Source of the DNA: Octopus sinensis
Lineage: Eukaryota
NCBI RefSeq assembly: GCF_006345805.1
Contig: NC_042999.1
Coordinates: 50,313,001 to 50,346,000 of the forward strand
Length of the DNA: 33,000 nucleotides
Reading direction: 5' to 3'
The notes beneath the pieces are model-generated. The model saw nothing but the letters and a program-made list of their open reading frames with translations, made no database searches and was not told the DNA's origin. How positions within the stretch are numbered: the first letter of the stretch is position 1; each line of letters opens with the position of its first letter. Positions 1 to 11,399 of the stretch are shown piece after piece. Made by a program: the position numbers and the translations under genes.

Positions 1-482
1 CATTGTGCCTCATAATAATAATAATATATTATTAAAAAATATATGTAGGTTAGACAAAGTTCATTGAGGAAGATTTTCTGTGACTGGCGCCTTTCCTGCC
101 ACCAACGCTTACCTGTCTGCAAACAAGGTAATATTTCCCTATAGCCAGACATGATTTGGTAGAATATTGGAAATAAACACCATTCATTTACGACAATCAC
201 ACAATTTTAAGACATGTAGACATAAAGACACACACACAAGCATCTTTCTGTTTCTATCTATTCACAAGACACCTGCCCAGCTATATGTTTAGAAAGCAAA
301 CTCCTCAACCACATGACTACTCCTGAACCTGTAACATCCTTAATTTGGAAGTCACTTTTAAGTAAAGCAGATGCCTGGCACTTTTAACAGACAGAATATC
401 TTGTTTTACATACTGCATATTTTTATTCTGAAATACACAAATATGGCTTTCCTCACCATAAAAAAAAAAGAAAAAGAAGAAG

Positions 483-497
483 ATAATAATAATACTG

Positions 498-543
<46 letters not shown>

Positions 544-546
544 TGA
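483..546. repeat. (AAT)n microsatellite
   Basis: Direct run of aat units. It explains the poly-N and poly-I ORFs 317..616 and 371..583. Confidence 0.95.
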
Positions 547-1673
547 TAACCTTTTTCAAAGCAAAGCTAGTAAGAATGCTTGAATTAGATTTGCAATGTT
601 TTAACATCTCCAGCACTATTCATTGGCAAAGTAATCTACGTTTTTAGGCTTCTATTTTTAGTAGAACTGACAAATCAAATAGCAGAGATTCAGGTTAAAA
701 TCATGCTGTAAAAGACAAACATTAAAGTCTTAACCACAGTGATGTGAGTAATGTGAAAGTGGTGTCTAACTGGATGGAATTACTTAACCATTATGTTAAT
801 TCAATCATTACTATGTTAGAGAATCATTCTGCCATCAAATATCAACAAGACAAATGAACGAAATACAATTGAATATGAATTCAGAAGCAATGAAGGAAGA
901 AATACCAAATGACAGATAACTTTGTTCCTAGTCTGATTATTAAAGGAAAATATTTTCTGCAACGCTGATAATGCAATGCTCTCAAACTAACAGCACTTTT
1001 GAAAGAAGACACTAAAAACAAGACAAATCAAGTGTGAACATATTTTTCTCCATTACACATATTACATTAAAATCTTGCCTGTATTTTATTTTTTTATAAC
1101 AAGTCTTGTAGAATATTGACTAAGACTTTTATTAAATTATTATATCAGAAGTTCTGAAAGTGATAAAAAAGGGGAAAAAGACATAAAGTGTGTAACTTTG
1201 GATATGTGCATATATATATATATATATAGGTGAACTAGATTTTATGCATGTGTAATACTAGCAAACATTTTCTGTAAATTTATGAAAGACTCTGCTTCCA
1301 TGTCAAATTAATTTCTCGATATTTTCTCTCACTTAAAACGAATATATTTCTTAAACTTGCAAACAAAAATTCTTTATTTTCTTTTTTAAACTTCAATTTT
1401 GTATTACTTTTCACACAACTCCAAGAAATACTAAGCTTTTGGAAATAACATAGCAGGAACCAAACTGAAAGCATGTGATTTATACAGTTAGCTTTTATAA
1501 TTCTGAGATTCTTAAAATCACATGCAATAAAGTATATAAAAAGAATTTATACATGTCGTATAAACCAGTCTGTTCCAAAATTAGAAATTATTTGCATATG
1601 AGCATGGATGTAATAAATACACTTTTTTTTTGTTAAATACTCAAGCAGTTAAAAGAATAATGAATATTAAATT

Positions 1674-1735
1674 AACCGTCCAACCCATGCTAGCATGGAA
1701 AACGGACATTAAACAATGATGATGATGATGATGAT
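1674..1735 (+). mobile_element. RTE-LINE 3' tail fragment
   Basis: aaccgtccaacccatgctagcatggaaaacggac...(tga)n, the same terminus as the RTE copy at 7301-8298. Confidence 0.8.
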
Positions 1736-1744
1736 TCTGCTGTG

Positions 1745-2620
1745 TCACTTTTAACTTGATAAATTATGTGCCACGTCTTATAGGTCTTACCTTATTGCTA
1801 GGTAAAGGCCTATTTTGTGGTGTCTGTGGCTACTATAATTGCAGTGATTTTCTGCTGTATTGCTGAGAAAGTAAGTTACCTGTTTTGTTGAAGTGCCACA
1901 GCAACACTAGTCATTAAAACACAAATCCATTTGGTTGTTGTACATCATGTTCATGACTTTTGCTAGAGTTGAGAGAGTGTTTTTCCTTTGTACACATCAA
2001 CTTGGCCAGTTCCTATAGTACTTCCAACACTGTCCAAGCCAAATTGCTTTATTGCTGTGCTTACCTTGGATCGTAGGGTGACCTGCTGTGCTTGAGGATA
2101 CCTATTGAGTCCAGTACATCAACATCAAAATAAAAATCAAATGGAAATTGTAGTTGTGATACCTGTGCCGGTGGCATGTAAAAAGCACCATCCGAGCATG
2201 ACCGATGCCAGTGCCGCCCTGACTGGCTTCCGTACCGGTGGCATGTAAAAAGCACCAACTGACCGTGGCTGCTGCCAGCCTCCCCTGGCACTTGTGCTGG
2301 TGGTACGTAAAAAGCTCCCACTACACTCACGGAGTAGTTGGCGTTAGAAAGGACATCCAGCAGTAGAAACACTGCCAGATCAGACTGAAGCCTAGCGCAG
2401 CCTCCTGGCTTCCCGGACCCCAGTAGAACTGTCCAACCCATGCTAGCATGGATAACAGACGTTAAATGATGATGATGATGATGACGACGATGATGATGAT
2501 AGCATAAGTTAACACAATTCAACAATGGGTTTCTCTTTGATTTTGGATGAATTAATGCTAAACATGATTCTGTCTTGAATTTTTTCCTCTTGATCATACT
2601 CTTACTGTCCTTAGCATACT
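1745..2620 (-). pseudogene. Highly decayed Gypsy gag remnant, C-terminal part, interrupted by the 2062-2500 insertion
   Basis: Minus-strand translations give EYDQEEKIQDRIMFSINSSKIKEK (2520-2610) and HCNYSSHRHHK...GKTYKTWH (~1780-1860). These resemble the Gypsy gag 'EEMIRDRIVFGI..IREKL' motif and a zinc-knuckle region. Many stops and frameshifts. Confidence 0.35.
2062..2500 (+). mobile_element. RTE-LINE 3'-UTR-type element with (TGA)n tail
   Basis: Repeated gccggtggcacgtaaaaagcacc motifs, terminal ccaacccatgctagcatgg and a (tga)n tail. Homologous to 7301-7990. Confidence 0.85.
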
Positions 2621-3755
2621 TTTGTCTCTGTATTGATGAAGAACAAACTCATGCACTACAGCATTCTATTTTTAATTTAATTAACTAGTGTTAATCAGTA
2701 ACATAATTATTAACTCTTCTCACTGTGCACATAATCTTTATCTCCTAATATAATAATGAGTTTAGTGTTTTTAATATTTTTGTATATATTAGTCCAGAAT
2801 CGTGCCGGATATAGAGGAGAGAAAATAGTAAGTCAGTGAAGGAGAGGTAGTGAGAGCAATAACCCTGACTGAGAGGGAGTGACAGAAAGTAGAAAGAAAG
2901 GAAGGGGTGATAGATGTATAAGGAAGGAAGGGGTGAAAGAAAATCAGCCTTTCAACTCTGTGTGAGTATATGTGTGTATGTGTGTGCATGTACAAGGGAA
3001 GTATGTAAATGTTTGTATGTATGATTGTTATATATCGTATTTTGTAGCTTATTTATGTATAAAATACTACTACTATTAGCTATCATTATTGATGGCATGT
3101 GGTCAGCTAGTTAATTATAATTTCTTGGTTGACTAGATTAAGTGCATTAATAGTTATTTTACTATTTCCTCTATGACTTGTTGGCCTTACACCTTATTAT
3201 CAAATTCAAATCTATTGATAAAAGGATTGAGTTTTGGTTGAAGAGTGACTGGAGACAGCCTTGAGTGCAATATTAAAGAATTTTCTTCACACTAATGGAA
3301 ATTTAGACATGATCCTAAAACTCAGCATCTTGAGCAAGTGTCCTTTTCTATAGCCTCAGGCCTTGTGAATGACATTTAATTCATAGAAACTGTGTGAGAG
3401 GTGTTGGAATCATTGCTCCTAAACTTGGATGGTAAATTTAATCCACCATCTAATTTATCCACCAACTAGCCCTTTGGTAGCTTTAGAAGAGTATCATCTT
3501 AATCAAATGTTCCATTTTTGGCAAGTTTTTTTCCTCCATCTGAATGCTCTTCCAATTACCAACCACTTTATAGGAATGTACTAGGTGCATTATATAATAT
3601 CAACAACACTTAGAGCTTGACAATCCTTGACAAGACCAAAGAGTCCTATCTTTTCTAAATTGCTTCCGATCATCTGATAAAAGAAGATATAAATCAGTAG
3701 CCAAAGAGATATGTACTTTAATGGTAAGCATTAAAGTGGTACTATAAACAAAGTA

Positions 3756-4058
3756 GTGGAGGTGCAATGGCCCAGTAATTAGGGCAGCGGACTCGCAGTC
3801 GGAGGATCACAGTTTCAATTCCCAGACCGGGCGTTGTGTGTGTTTATTGGGCGAAAACACCTAAAAGCTCCATGAGGCTCTGGCAGGGGGTGGTGACGAC
3901 CCCTGTTGTACTCTTTCACCACAACTTTCTCTCACTCCCTCTTCCTGTTTCTTGAGTAACACTGCAATGGACTGGCATCTTGTCCAGCTGGGAGGAACAC
4001 ATACGCCACAGAAACCAGGAAACCAAGCCCATGAGCCTGGCTAGGCTTGAAAAGGGTG
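3756..4058 (+). mobile_element. tRNA-derived SINE, family A
   Basis: tRNA-like head (gtggaggtgcaatggcccag...gtttcaattccc, with A/B-box-like motifs). Near-identical copy at 27591-27895 (-). Confidence 0.9.
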
Positions 4059-4301
4059 AAAAGAAGAAATAAAGTAAGTTACTGCTCACTCTGCAACTTG
4101 GGAGATTGTAATATCAGTGGCCACAGACATCACAAAAAAAGGGGTTTTATACCCAGCAATAAAGTAAGACTCGCAAGAATGTCACATAGTGTTTTAATTT
4201 GTTGAAGGATTATGAAAGAATCGGCTCTTTGAAATTAAAAATAGAATTTAGACATGTGTCTCAGTTTTAATGACAGTGAGATAGCAATAACATTGCAAAT
4301 A

Positions 4302-5320
4302 TCTCTTATTATAAAAGGCAGATTTTATCTGCCTCCCTTTGGGAGTTATAGAAATCTACAATATAGGATTTCTTCAATTACAATTTACCTAGCAATTTTA
4401 AGAGTACAATGCATCGCGTCATGCCAGGTCCAGTTTTTAAAATTTAAACTCCAATTAAGCAAAATTTACAGAAAACTCACATTCTGGTGTGTGTGTCAAA
4501 TGCTTTTCTTAGTCTGGTTTACACCACACGCAAACGCACACACAAAGGGAGCGAATTGTTTCACTGACGCTATCACCCTTCTCCTCCTTTGTTTTTGCAA
4601 GTTTGCAGCTATTAAAGTGAAAACAGTGAATCCGACAGCGATAAAGAAAACGAATTGGTACCTGAATGGAGTGAAAATTTAAAAACTGTTTCTTTCGGTG
4701 AGTTTTCTGAAGAAACTGGACCAAGCCACAGACTTTCCCAGAAGAGGAAAGCCTTAGACTATTTCTATTTACTTTTTCGAATGAGCCTATTTGAAATCAT
4801 TACGCTAAACGTAAACAAACCGAAAGAAAGGATAGTTTGTTATTTCCCACAACCTTAAATGAAATTAAGGCCTATTTTGCCATAAATATTATTATGGGTA
4901 TCAGAAAGTTACCCAGAATAACAAATTCTATCGTAAAATTTTGTTGTATACCCAATTGAATATTAGCTAATAACCCATTTTCTATAGCGATGTTTGAACA
5001 AAATTTTAATAATTTTACAGAAAGTTACCCAGAATAACAAACGAGCCCTTCTGGGTATTAGCGCGCGTCTACGATGAGTCTACGATTTAAAAAAAAATTA
5101 CCATCATATTTTTTAATTTTAATGCATCTTTTTCGCTTTTATATAAGGGAAGTAACTCTCTAAAAATATCTACGATGTGTCAACGATTTAAAGAAAAATT
5201 TACCTTAATTTTTTTTCAATTTTTAATGCATTTTTTTGCTACTTTTTGGCTATAACTCTCTAAAAATGCTTATATAGTTATTTCCCTTACAACCCGAGCA
5301 ACGCCGGGCGATACTGCTAG
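4302..5320 (+). mobile_element. Non-autonomous Helitron, about 1.02 kb
   Basis: 5' A|TC end (a|tctcttattataaaagg). 3' hairpin cccgagcaacgccggg (5293-5308) followed by CTAG|T. A/T target with no TSD. Internal imperfect ~100-bp repeats at 5070-5270. Confidence 0.7.
4616..4925 (+). pseudogene. piggyBac (PGBD-like) transposase N-terminal fragment
   Basis: SENSESDSDKENE..FSEETGP..ALDYFYLLF..LFEII, then after a frameshift PTTLNEIKAYFAINIIMGIRKLPRI. This matches the piggyBac 'TGP..PLDYF.LFF' and 'PTT.EIKAF.G..I.MG..LP' motifs. Confidence 0.75.
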
Positions 5321-5329
5321 TTGGTAATA

Positions 5330-5610
5330 AACCAATCCTGCTACCTTGTTTAATGCTATCTGCCTGACCTTTAAGTGTATTCAATGAAACCCTTACTATT
5401 GCAATCATTTTATCCTTCAGTAACTGTCCATCATACGCTGTGTACATCTCTACTCTTTTCACCAACCCAAAGTAAATAGCTAATCTTTTTTGGAATTTCT
5501 CCTTGTACTTTAACAGGTCTTAGATAAATCAATTCTTCCCAGTATTGGAAATATTTCCAGCAGCCTGTCAGGTTCACTGACCCTTTGCCTATGTGGGAAG
5601 ATCGTATGCC
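5330..5610 (-). pseudogene. Decayed Gypsy gag N-terminal remnant
   Basis: NLTGCWKYFQYWEELIYLRPVK..KISYLLWVGEKSRDVHS resembles the Gypsy gag 'NL.E.WK.F.Q..ELIF.GPLK..K..YLLLWVG.KGR.I' pattern. Confidence 0.45.
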
Positions 5611-5776
5611 TATGACCTCTGACAGCTTGTAGTTTTCTTTGTCCTTAGAATTATATGACACACATTTCAAACAGGTTCAAATGTAAATAAATATATAAAT
5701 CATTATTGGAATCAGTGAAACACAATTTGCTTCTGAATATCTTTGTATTCTATAAATATTTTGTAGTTTACAACAT

Positions 5777-6140
5777 AGGTGCAGGTATAGCTGTATGGTA
5801 AGAAGTTTGCTTCACAACCATGTGGTCCCAGGTTCAATCCCACTGCATGACATCTTGAGCAGGTGTTTTCTACTACAGCCTCAGGCCAACCAAATGAATG
5901 TATATGCATTTGTCTTTGTGTATGTATTTGTTCCCCAACACTGCTTCACTGGTGCTGGTTTGTTTACATCCCCCATAACTCAGCAGTTCGGCAGAAGAGT
6001 TTTATGGAATAAGTTCAGGCTTAAAAAAATAAATAAATCTGTACTGGGGTTGATTGATTAGTTCAGCTAAAACCTTTCAAGATGGTGCCCCTGTTTGAGT
6101 GTTGTCCAATGAAATGAAACGAGTAAAAAGAATAAAAAGA
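5777..6140 (+). mobile_element. tRNA-derived SINE, family B (decayed)
   Basis: Head aggtgcagg..gctgtatggtaagaag, core cttgagcaggtgttttctactacagcc, A-rich tail. Homologous to the 16127 and 16705 copies. Confidence 0.8.
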
Positions 6141-6323
6141 AAAACAAGAACATCTTACATTTGTTTGCGTATACAGATATAAATATGAACATCACGTGCT
6201 TAATGTAATTCAAAATGGCGCGTGTGCATTTGCATACACACACATATATGTGGAAGTATGTGTGTATGTGTGTGTGTGTATAAATATATATATGTATATA
6301 TATCTGTAAATATAATATGTGAC

Positions 6324-6488
6324 AATTATTCAGTAGCCATGATAAAACTCTGAATTTCAGATGTCGGTACGGAAACTCAGAGTTTTATCATAGCTGCCGA
6401 ATAATTTTTACATATATTTACAGATAAATTCCTCTATTTACATAATATCGAGGTCTCTTTCATTCTTTTGTTGTCTTACCATTTCTAT

Positions 6489-6500
<12 letters not shown>
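6324..6500. mobile_element. Collapsed fold-back repeat, probably PLE-derived
   Basis: 35-bp inverted arms at 6324-6358 and 6372-6406 around a 13-nt loop, with a pyrimidine-rich tail ending in (TA)n. Confidence 0.45.
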
Positions 6501-6536
<36 letters not shown>

Positions 6537-6807
6537 GCACTCACAGTGTGTGTATGGTTTGTGCATGTGCGTCTCCTTTTAGACTCCATTCCCTAGAAAA
6601 TGGGCTAATGGACAACAAAAACAAAAATGGAATTGCAATATTGAGAAGTAGATGGGGAGCACCCAGGCAGTAGACTAAAATCTGTGGTGGAGAGTGATGA
6701 TTGTGTATAAGGCTCCCATCCCCAATTATGAGGATTCTCATTCATTTATTTTTCCTAACCCATAACAGTCCAACTTATGCCAGTATGGAAAACAAAGATT
6801 AAATTAT

Positions 6808-6810
6808 GAT

Positions 6811-6876
<66 letters not shown>
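6808..6876. repeat. (GATA)n microsatellite
   Basis: Direct run. Confidence 0.95.
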
Positions 6877-6877
<1 letters not shown>

Positions 6878-6974
6878 TATCCTGCAGCAAATTTGGCATA
6901 TAAACAAAATACACTATGTGTGTTCTACAGATGATGTTTATATTTCTAGAGCTGCTTTCAATTTATAATTTAAC

Positions 6975-7056
6975 CATATATGTATGTATACATATACATA
7001 CATAAATATACATATATATATACATACATATATATATACCCACACACATATGTGTT

Positions 7057-7109
<53 letters not shown>

Positions 7110-7125
7110 CATATATATTTATACA

Positions 7126-7159
<34 letters not shown>

Positions 7160-7300
7160 CATATATATTTATATACATATTTATATACATATATATATAT
7201 ATACATATATATCTATATACATATATATGAATATACATGTATATTTATATACATACATATACATATATATTATATACATATATATATAGATACATATATA
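6975..7300. repeat. Degenerate (TA)n/(TACA)n microsatellite
   Basis: Direct run. Source of the IYIY ORFs. Confidence 0.95.
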
Positions 7301-8298
7301 TCATCATCATCATCATCGTTTAACGTCCGTTCTCCATGCTAGCATGGGTTGGACGGTTCGACCGGGGATCTGGGAAGCCAGAAAGCTGCACCAGGCTCCA
7401 GTCTTATCTGGCAATGTTTCTACAGCTGGATGCCCTTCCTAACGCCAACCACTCCCTGAGTGTAGTGGGTGCTTTTTACGTGCCACCTGCACAGGTGCCA
7501 GGCGAGGCTGGCAACGGCCACGGTCGGATTGGTGTATTTTATGTGCCACTGGCACGGAAGCCAGTCGAGGCGGTGCTGGCATCAGCCACGAGTCGGATAG
7601 TGCTTTTTACGTACCACCAGACCAGGGATCCTGGCTGGTTCAATTCGATTTCGATTTCGCTTGCCCCAACATGTCTTCGAAAGCAAAGGGGGTTGGCATG
7701 GGTGCCTGTCATACGGTCGGATTGGTGTGTTTTACGTGCCACCGGCACGGAAGCCAGTGGAGGCGGCGCTGGCATCGGCCACAAGTCGGATAGTGCTTTT
7801 TACGTACCACCAGACCAGGGATCCTGGCTGGTTCAATTCGATTTCACTTTCGCTTGCCCCAACTTGTCTTCGCAAGCAAAGGGGGTTGGCATGGGTGCCA
7901 GTCGTTGGATGAGGTTCTATATCGACTTCGCTTGCCTCAACAGGTCTTTGTGTCCAAGGGAGGAAAGGCATTCATAAGTGGGCTGGGCTCACTAGTCCTG
8001 CCTGGTCCTCTCACGTACAGAATATTTCCAAAGGTCTCGGTCGCTGGTCATTTCCTCAGTGAGGCCTAAAGTTCGAAGTCGGGCTTCACCACCTCGTCCC
8101 AGGTTTTCCTGGGTCTACCTCTTCCACGGGTTCCCTCAACTGCTAGGGATTGGCACTTTCTCACACACCTATCTTCATCCATTCTCGCCACATGACCATA
8201 CCAGCGCAATCGTCTCTCTTGCACACCACAACTGATGCTTCTTAGGTACAACATTTCTCTCAAGGTGCTAACGCTCTGTCGAGTATGTACACTGACAT
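7301..8298 (-). mobile_element. 5'-truncated RTE-clade LINE (ORF C-terminus, 3' UTR and (TGA)n tail)
   Basis: VSVHTRQSVSTLREMLYLRSISCGVQERRLRWYGHVARMDEDRCVRKC..RGRGRPRKTWDEVV is a typical RTE C-terminus (RLRWYGHV..RGRPRKTW). A 1-nt deletion near 8080 shifts LGLTEEMTSDRDLWKYSVRERTRQD* (stop at 7992-7994). Confidence 0.92.
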
Positions 8299-8301
8299 AT
8301 A

Positions 8302-8335
<34 letters not shown>

Positions 8336-8336
<1 letters not shown>

Positions 8337-8448
8337 TGGCCTGCTCACTTAACCAGCGGGGTGGCGTCATTTAAAGGCTAAATCAATGCGAAGCGCATTG
8401 TGACCAGTAATGTGTAGCAACATCTGATAGCCTGGTCAGTCACGTGAT

Positions 8449-8456
<8 letters not shown>
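8336..8456 (+). mobile_element. Isolated SINE 3' tail (alternative tail of family A)
   Basis: ttggcctgctcactt..ggggtggcgtcattt..gcgcattgtgacc..gcctggtcagtcacg matches 20410-20520. Confidence 0.75.
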
Positions 8457-8491
<35 letters not shown>

Positions 8492-8689
8492 ATATAGTAA
8501 TAATAACAATAAGCCTTGGATGAAGTTTATAAATTCCATCCAAGGATTATTGTTATTATTACTATATTTATCTTACATTATGTCAGTACAGCTCAATGAA
8601 ATCCAAAAGAACTGGTTCACCAGTCAGCATCATTAGATGTGCATGTCACACATGCACACATAAACACTTAAGACACAAGTATAGTTAGA

Positions 8690-8870
8690 CAAAGGCACGC
8701 TCATGTGTATGGGAGCTTGCTTCACAATCATGGTCTTTTGCTTCACAGCCACATGCATATGGGTGTAGTTTCACAGCATGGAACTTTGGACCATGCTGAC
8801 AAATTTTTGAGCGTGGTTTTGGTAGACAGAAACAGAAAATAAGCCCATCATATGCATGTGTTGATGAATT
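8690..8870 (+). mobile_element. Decayed family B SINE 5' half
   Basis: ggcacgctcatg..agcttgcttc..ttttggtagacagaaacagaaa..gcccatc. Confidence 0.55.
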
Positions 8871-9074
8871 TAAGGAAGGACGGATGGTTAGACATATGTA
8901 CATTCATATGAATTTACAGCAATAACAAATAAATATTTTGTAAATACAAGGAAATACCTTCTTCGTATAAAGCAGTGGTTCTTAACCATTTTTGGTCCTT
9001 TGGTTCCTATTTTACTTGGATGGACCCTCATAGCCATTCAAAGTTTAAAACTCCTATTATATTTTTGATAATTG

Positions 9075-9411
9075 ATGCCAGCACCACCTCTGAACGTGGC
9101 CGATGCTAGTGCCACCACCGAACATGTCTGATGCCAGCACTGCCTGACTGGCGTCCATGTCAGTGACACGTAAAAAGCACCAACCAATCGTGGCCGTTTG
9201 CCAGCGTCCTCTGGCCCCTGTGCCGGTGGCACATAAAAAGCACCCACTACACTCATGGAGTGGTTGGCATTAGGAATGGCATCCAGCAGTAGAAACACTG
9301 CCAGATCAGACTGGAGCCTGGTGCAGCCTCCTGGCTTCCCAGACCACGGTCGAACAGTCCAACCCATGCTAGCATGGAAAATGGATGTTAAACGATGATG
9401 ATGATGATGAT
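9075..9411 (+). mobile_element. RTE 3'-UTR-type element
   Basis: Same repeated motifs and (tga)n tail as 2062-2500. Confidence 0.85.
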
Positions 9412-9454
9412 GAATTGTATAAAAACAAAATTGCTAAAATATTTTGTGTATTGT

Positions 9455-9692
9455 GAAAGGCAAAGTCGTCCTCGGTGGAATTTGAACTCAGAACATAGCG
9501 GCAGACAAAATACTACTAAGCATTTTGCCCGGCGTGCTAATGATTCTGCCACCTCACTTATTCTATCGACCTTGAAAGGATAAAAAAGGCAAAGTCAACC
9601 CTAGCAGAATTTGAGCTCGGAATGTAAAGATGGACAAAATGCTGCTCAATATTTTCTCCCAGAATGGCAACGATTCTGTCAGATTGCTGCCT
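9455..9692 (-). mobile_element. Two tandem partial family D SINEs
   Basis: Reverse complement reads ggcagaatcattagcacgccgggcaaaatgcttag..ttctgagttcaaattccaccgaggacgactttgcctttca twice. Confidence 0.75.
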
Positions 9693-10624
9693 TACTATGC
9701 TGCAAATATTCAAAGTTAATTAACTTCATTTGAGATACAAAGCAAAAAGCGTTTCAGACATTTTTCCATAAATGTATTTTAGATCTATCATTTTTACTTT
9801 TTCCTTCATTCAGTTGTATCATTCTTTCTAACATATATATTTTCTTTAAAATATCATTTCATCTTTCACTACTTTATTCATGGGGTGCTCAGTCCAATGT
9901 ATTGCATATATACAGCATTTGAAGTATTATATTCAGTTAACGTTAGTAATACATAAATAACCATTAATAAATCTCCTAGTTACATTACCTGAATGAATAT
10001 CCATGGATTTAAACACACTATGTCTACACAGTTGCTTTTCACTTTATTCATTTATCTAATCAAAAAAATACTCTTTATATATATATATATATATAAAACA
10101 TAAAAGCTAAAAGCAAATACTTTTCCCTGTATCTTTATTCTAACAAAGTTAGTAGTATTAAATTATCCTAAATGAATATTAGATTTCCAAGATGGTTAGG
10201 GAAATCAGGTTAACAAAACTGTATTGCTACATGTATGCAAGAAGAGATAGCCATAAAATAGCAGGCTGTACAACAAAATAATGATACAAAATTTGATAGT
10301 CTATTTGTGTATCAATATTTTGCTGCTTTACTCAAGGATTTATTCAAACAGGCTTATAGAAACTTGAAGTAGTAATTATGTTTATATTGTATATTTTCAT
10401 GGCGGGAAAAATATTTAACAAGTAGATCTGGATGTTTTTGTTAGAAATATTCCTATTCACTATTTTACAGTATTGAGAAGAACAGACTGGCCAGTGTTGA
10501 GTAAACAAAATTTTTAATGTTAAAAATTTCCTCTTCTGGAAATGGAAAAAAAATGAGAGACAGACAGACAGATAGAAAGAGAGAGGGAAAGAGAGAAAAG
10601 GAGAGAAAGAGATTTATATAACTA

Positions 10625-10839
10625 TGAGAGGGGCTGAAAATTTCCTGGCTTTAAGGGTATCACGAAAGGCCTGGTTAGAGGCCCAACCTTCTGAGTTCTT
10701 TCACAAGGCTTTAAAAAACTGAAAGACCACTGCAATAAGTGTGTGAATCTAAGAAGGGACTATGTAGAATAAAATCATATTCAACTTATCCTCCTGTTTT
10801 TTCTTTACCCAAAGTCAGGAACCTTTCAGTTCCCCCACA
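10625..10839 (+). mobile_element. mariner-derived MITE
   Basis: TA-flanked imperfect TIRs (tgagaggggctgaaaatttcctggcttt / aaagtcaggaacctttcagttcccccaca). Internal SQGFKKLKDHCNKCVNLRRDYVE* matches the mariner transposase C-terminus. Confidence 0.8.
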
Positions 10840-10880
10840 TATATGTAGCTAAACAGAAAATTACATGTGCTTCAGTAATA

Positions 10881-11148
10881 ATAAAATTAAAATAAATGCG
10901 CCCTTTTAATGCCTAGCCAGGCTCATAGGCCTGGTTTCCTATTTTTCAATGGTGAATGTGTTCTCCAGCTGGACGGGACGCCAGTCCATCGCAGTGTTAC
11001 TCATTTTTGCCAGCTGAGTGGACTGGAGCAGCAATGTGAAATGAAGTGTTTTGCTCAAGAACATAATGCATCGCCCGGTCCAAGAATCAAAACCACAATC
11101 TTATGATCATGATACTGACACCCTAACAACTAAGCCACGCGCCTCCAC
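10881..11148 (-). mobile_element. tRNA-headed SINE with family A 3' tail and a different core
   Basis: tRNA-like head, core cttgagcaaaacacttcatttcac..ccagtccactcagctgg, family A tail. 13-bp TSD tgcttcagtaata at 10868-10880 and 11149-11161. Confidence 0.88.
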
Positions 11149-11399
11149 TGCTTCAGTAATATTGGTCTAAAATAAAAGAATAGATTAGCAGATCAGCAAA
11201 TAGTCAAGTATCTTCTACAGCAGCCCCCAGCAATAAGACGCCTGATGGTGATCAGACACCAATCTGCTTACAACTTCATGCAGATTTAGATAAACTGAAG
11301 TTCAAGTCTTGAAAAATGATACTTGCACACACACACACACACACACTAAATAGGCTGCTGCACAGTATCTGCCCACCAGATTTCATCTTCAGGTAAAGA

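Noticed and set aside
3565-3680. Strong minus-strand acceptor followed by ATG
   Set aside because: All frames close before the next plausible donor.
6938-7342. Long I/Y/H-rich ORFs (also at 16.2-16.5, 19.9-20.3, 22.0-22.5, 24.1-25.0 and 30.4 kb)
   Set aside because: Translations of TA/TACA/GATA microsatellites, which lack stop codons by composition.
7336-7977. 213-aa ORF and similar ORFs at 2061, 9038 and 13573-14041
   Set aside because: They lie in the GC-rich repeated 3' UTR of the RTE element, mostly antisense to it, with no domain-like sequence.
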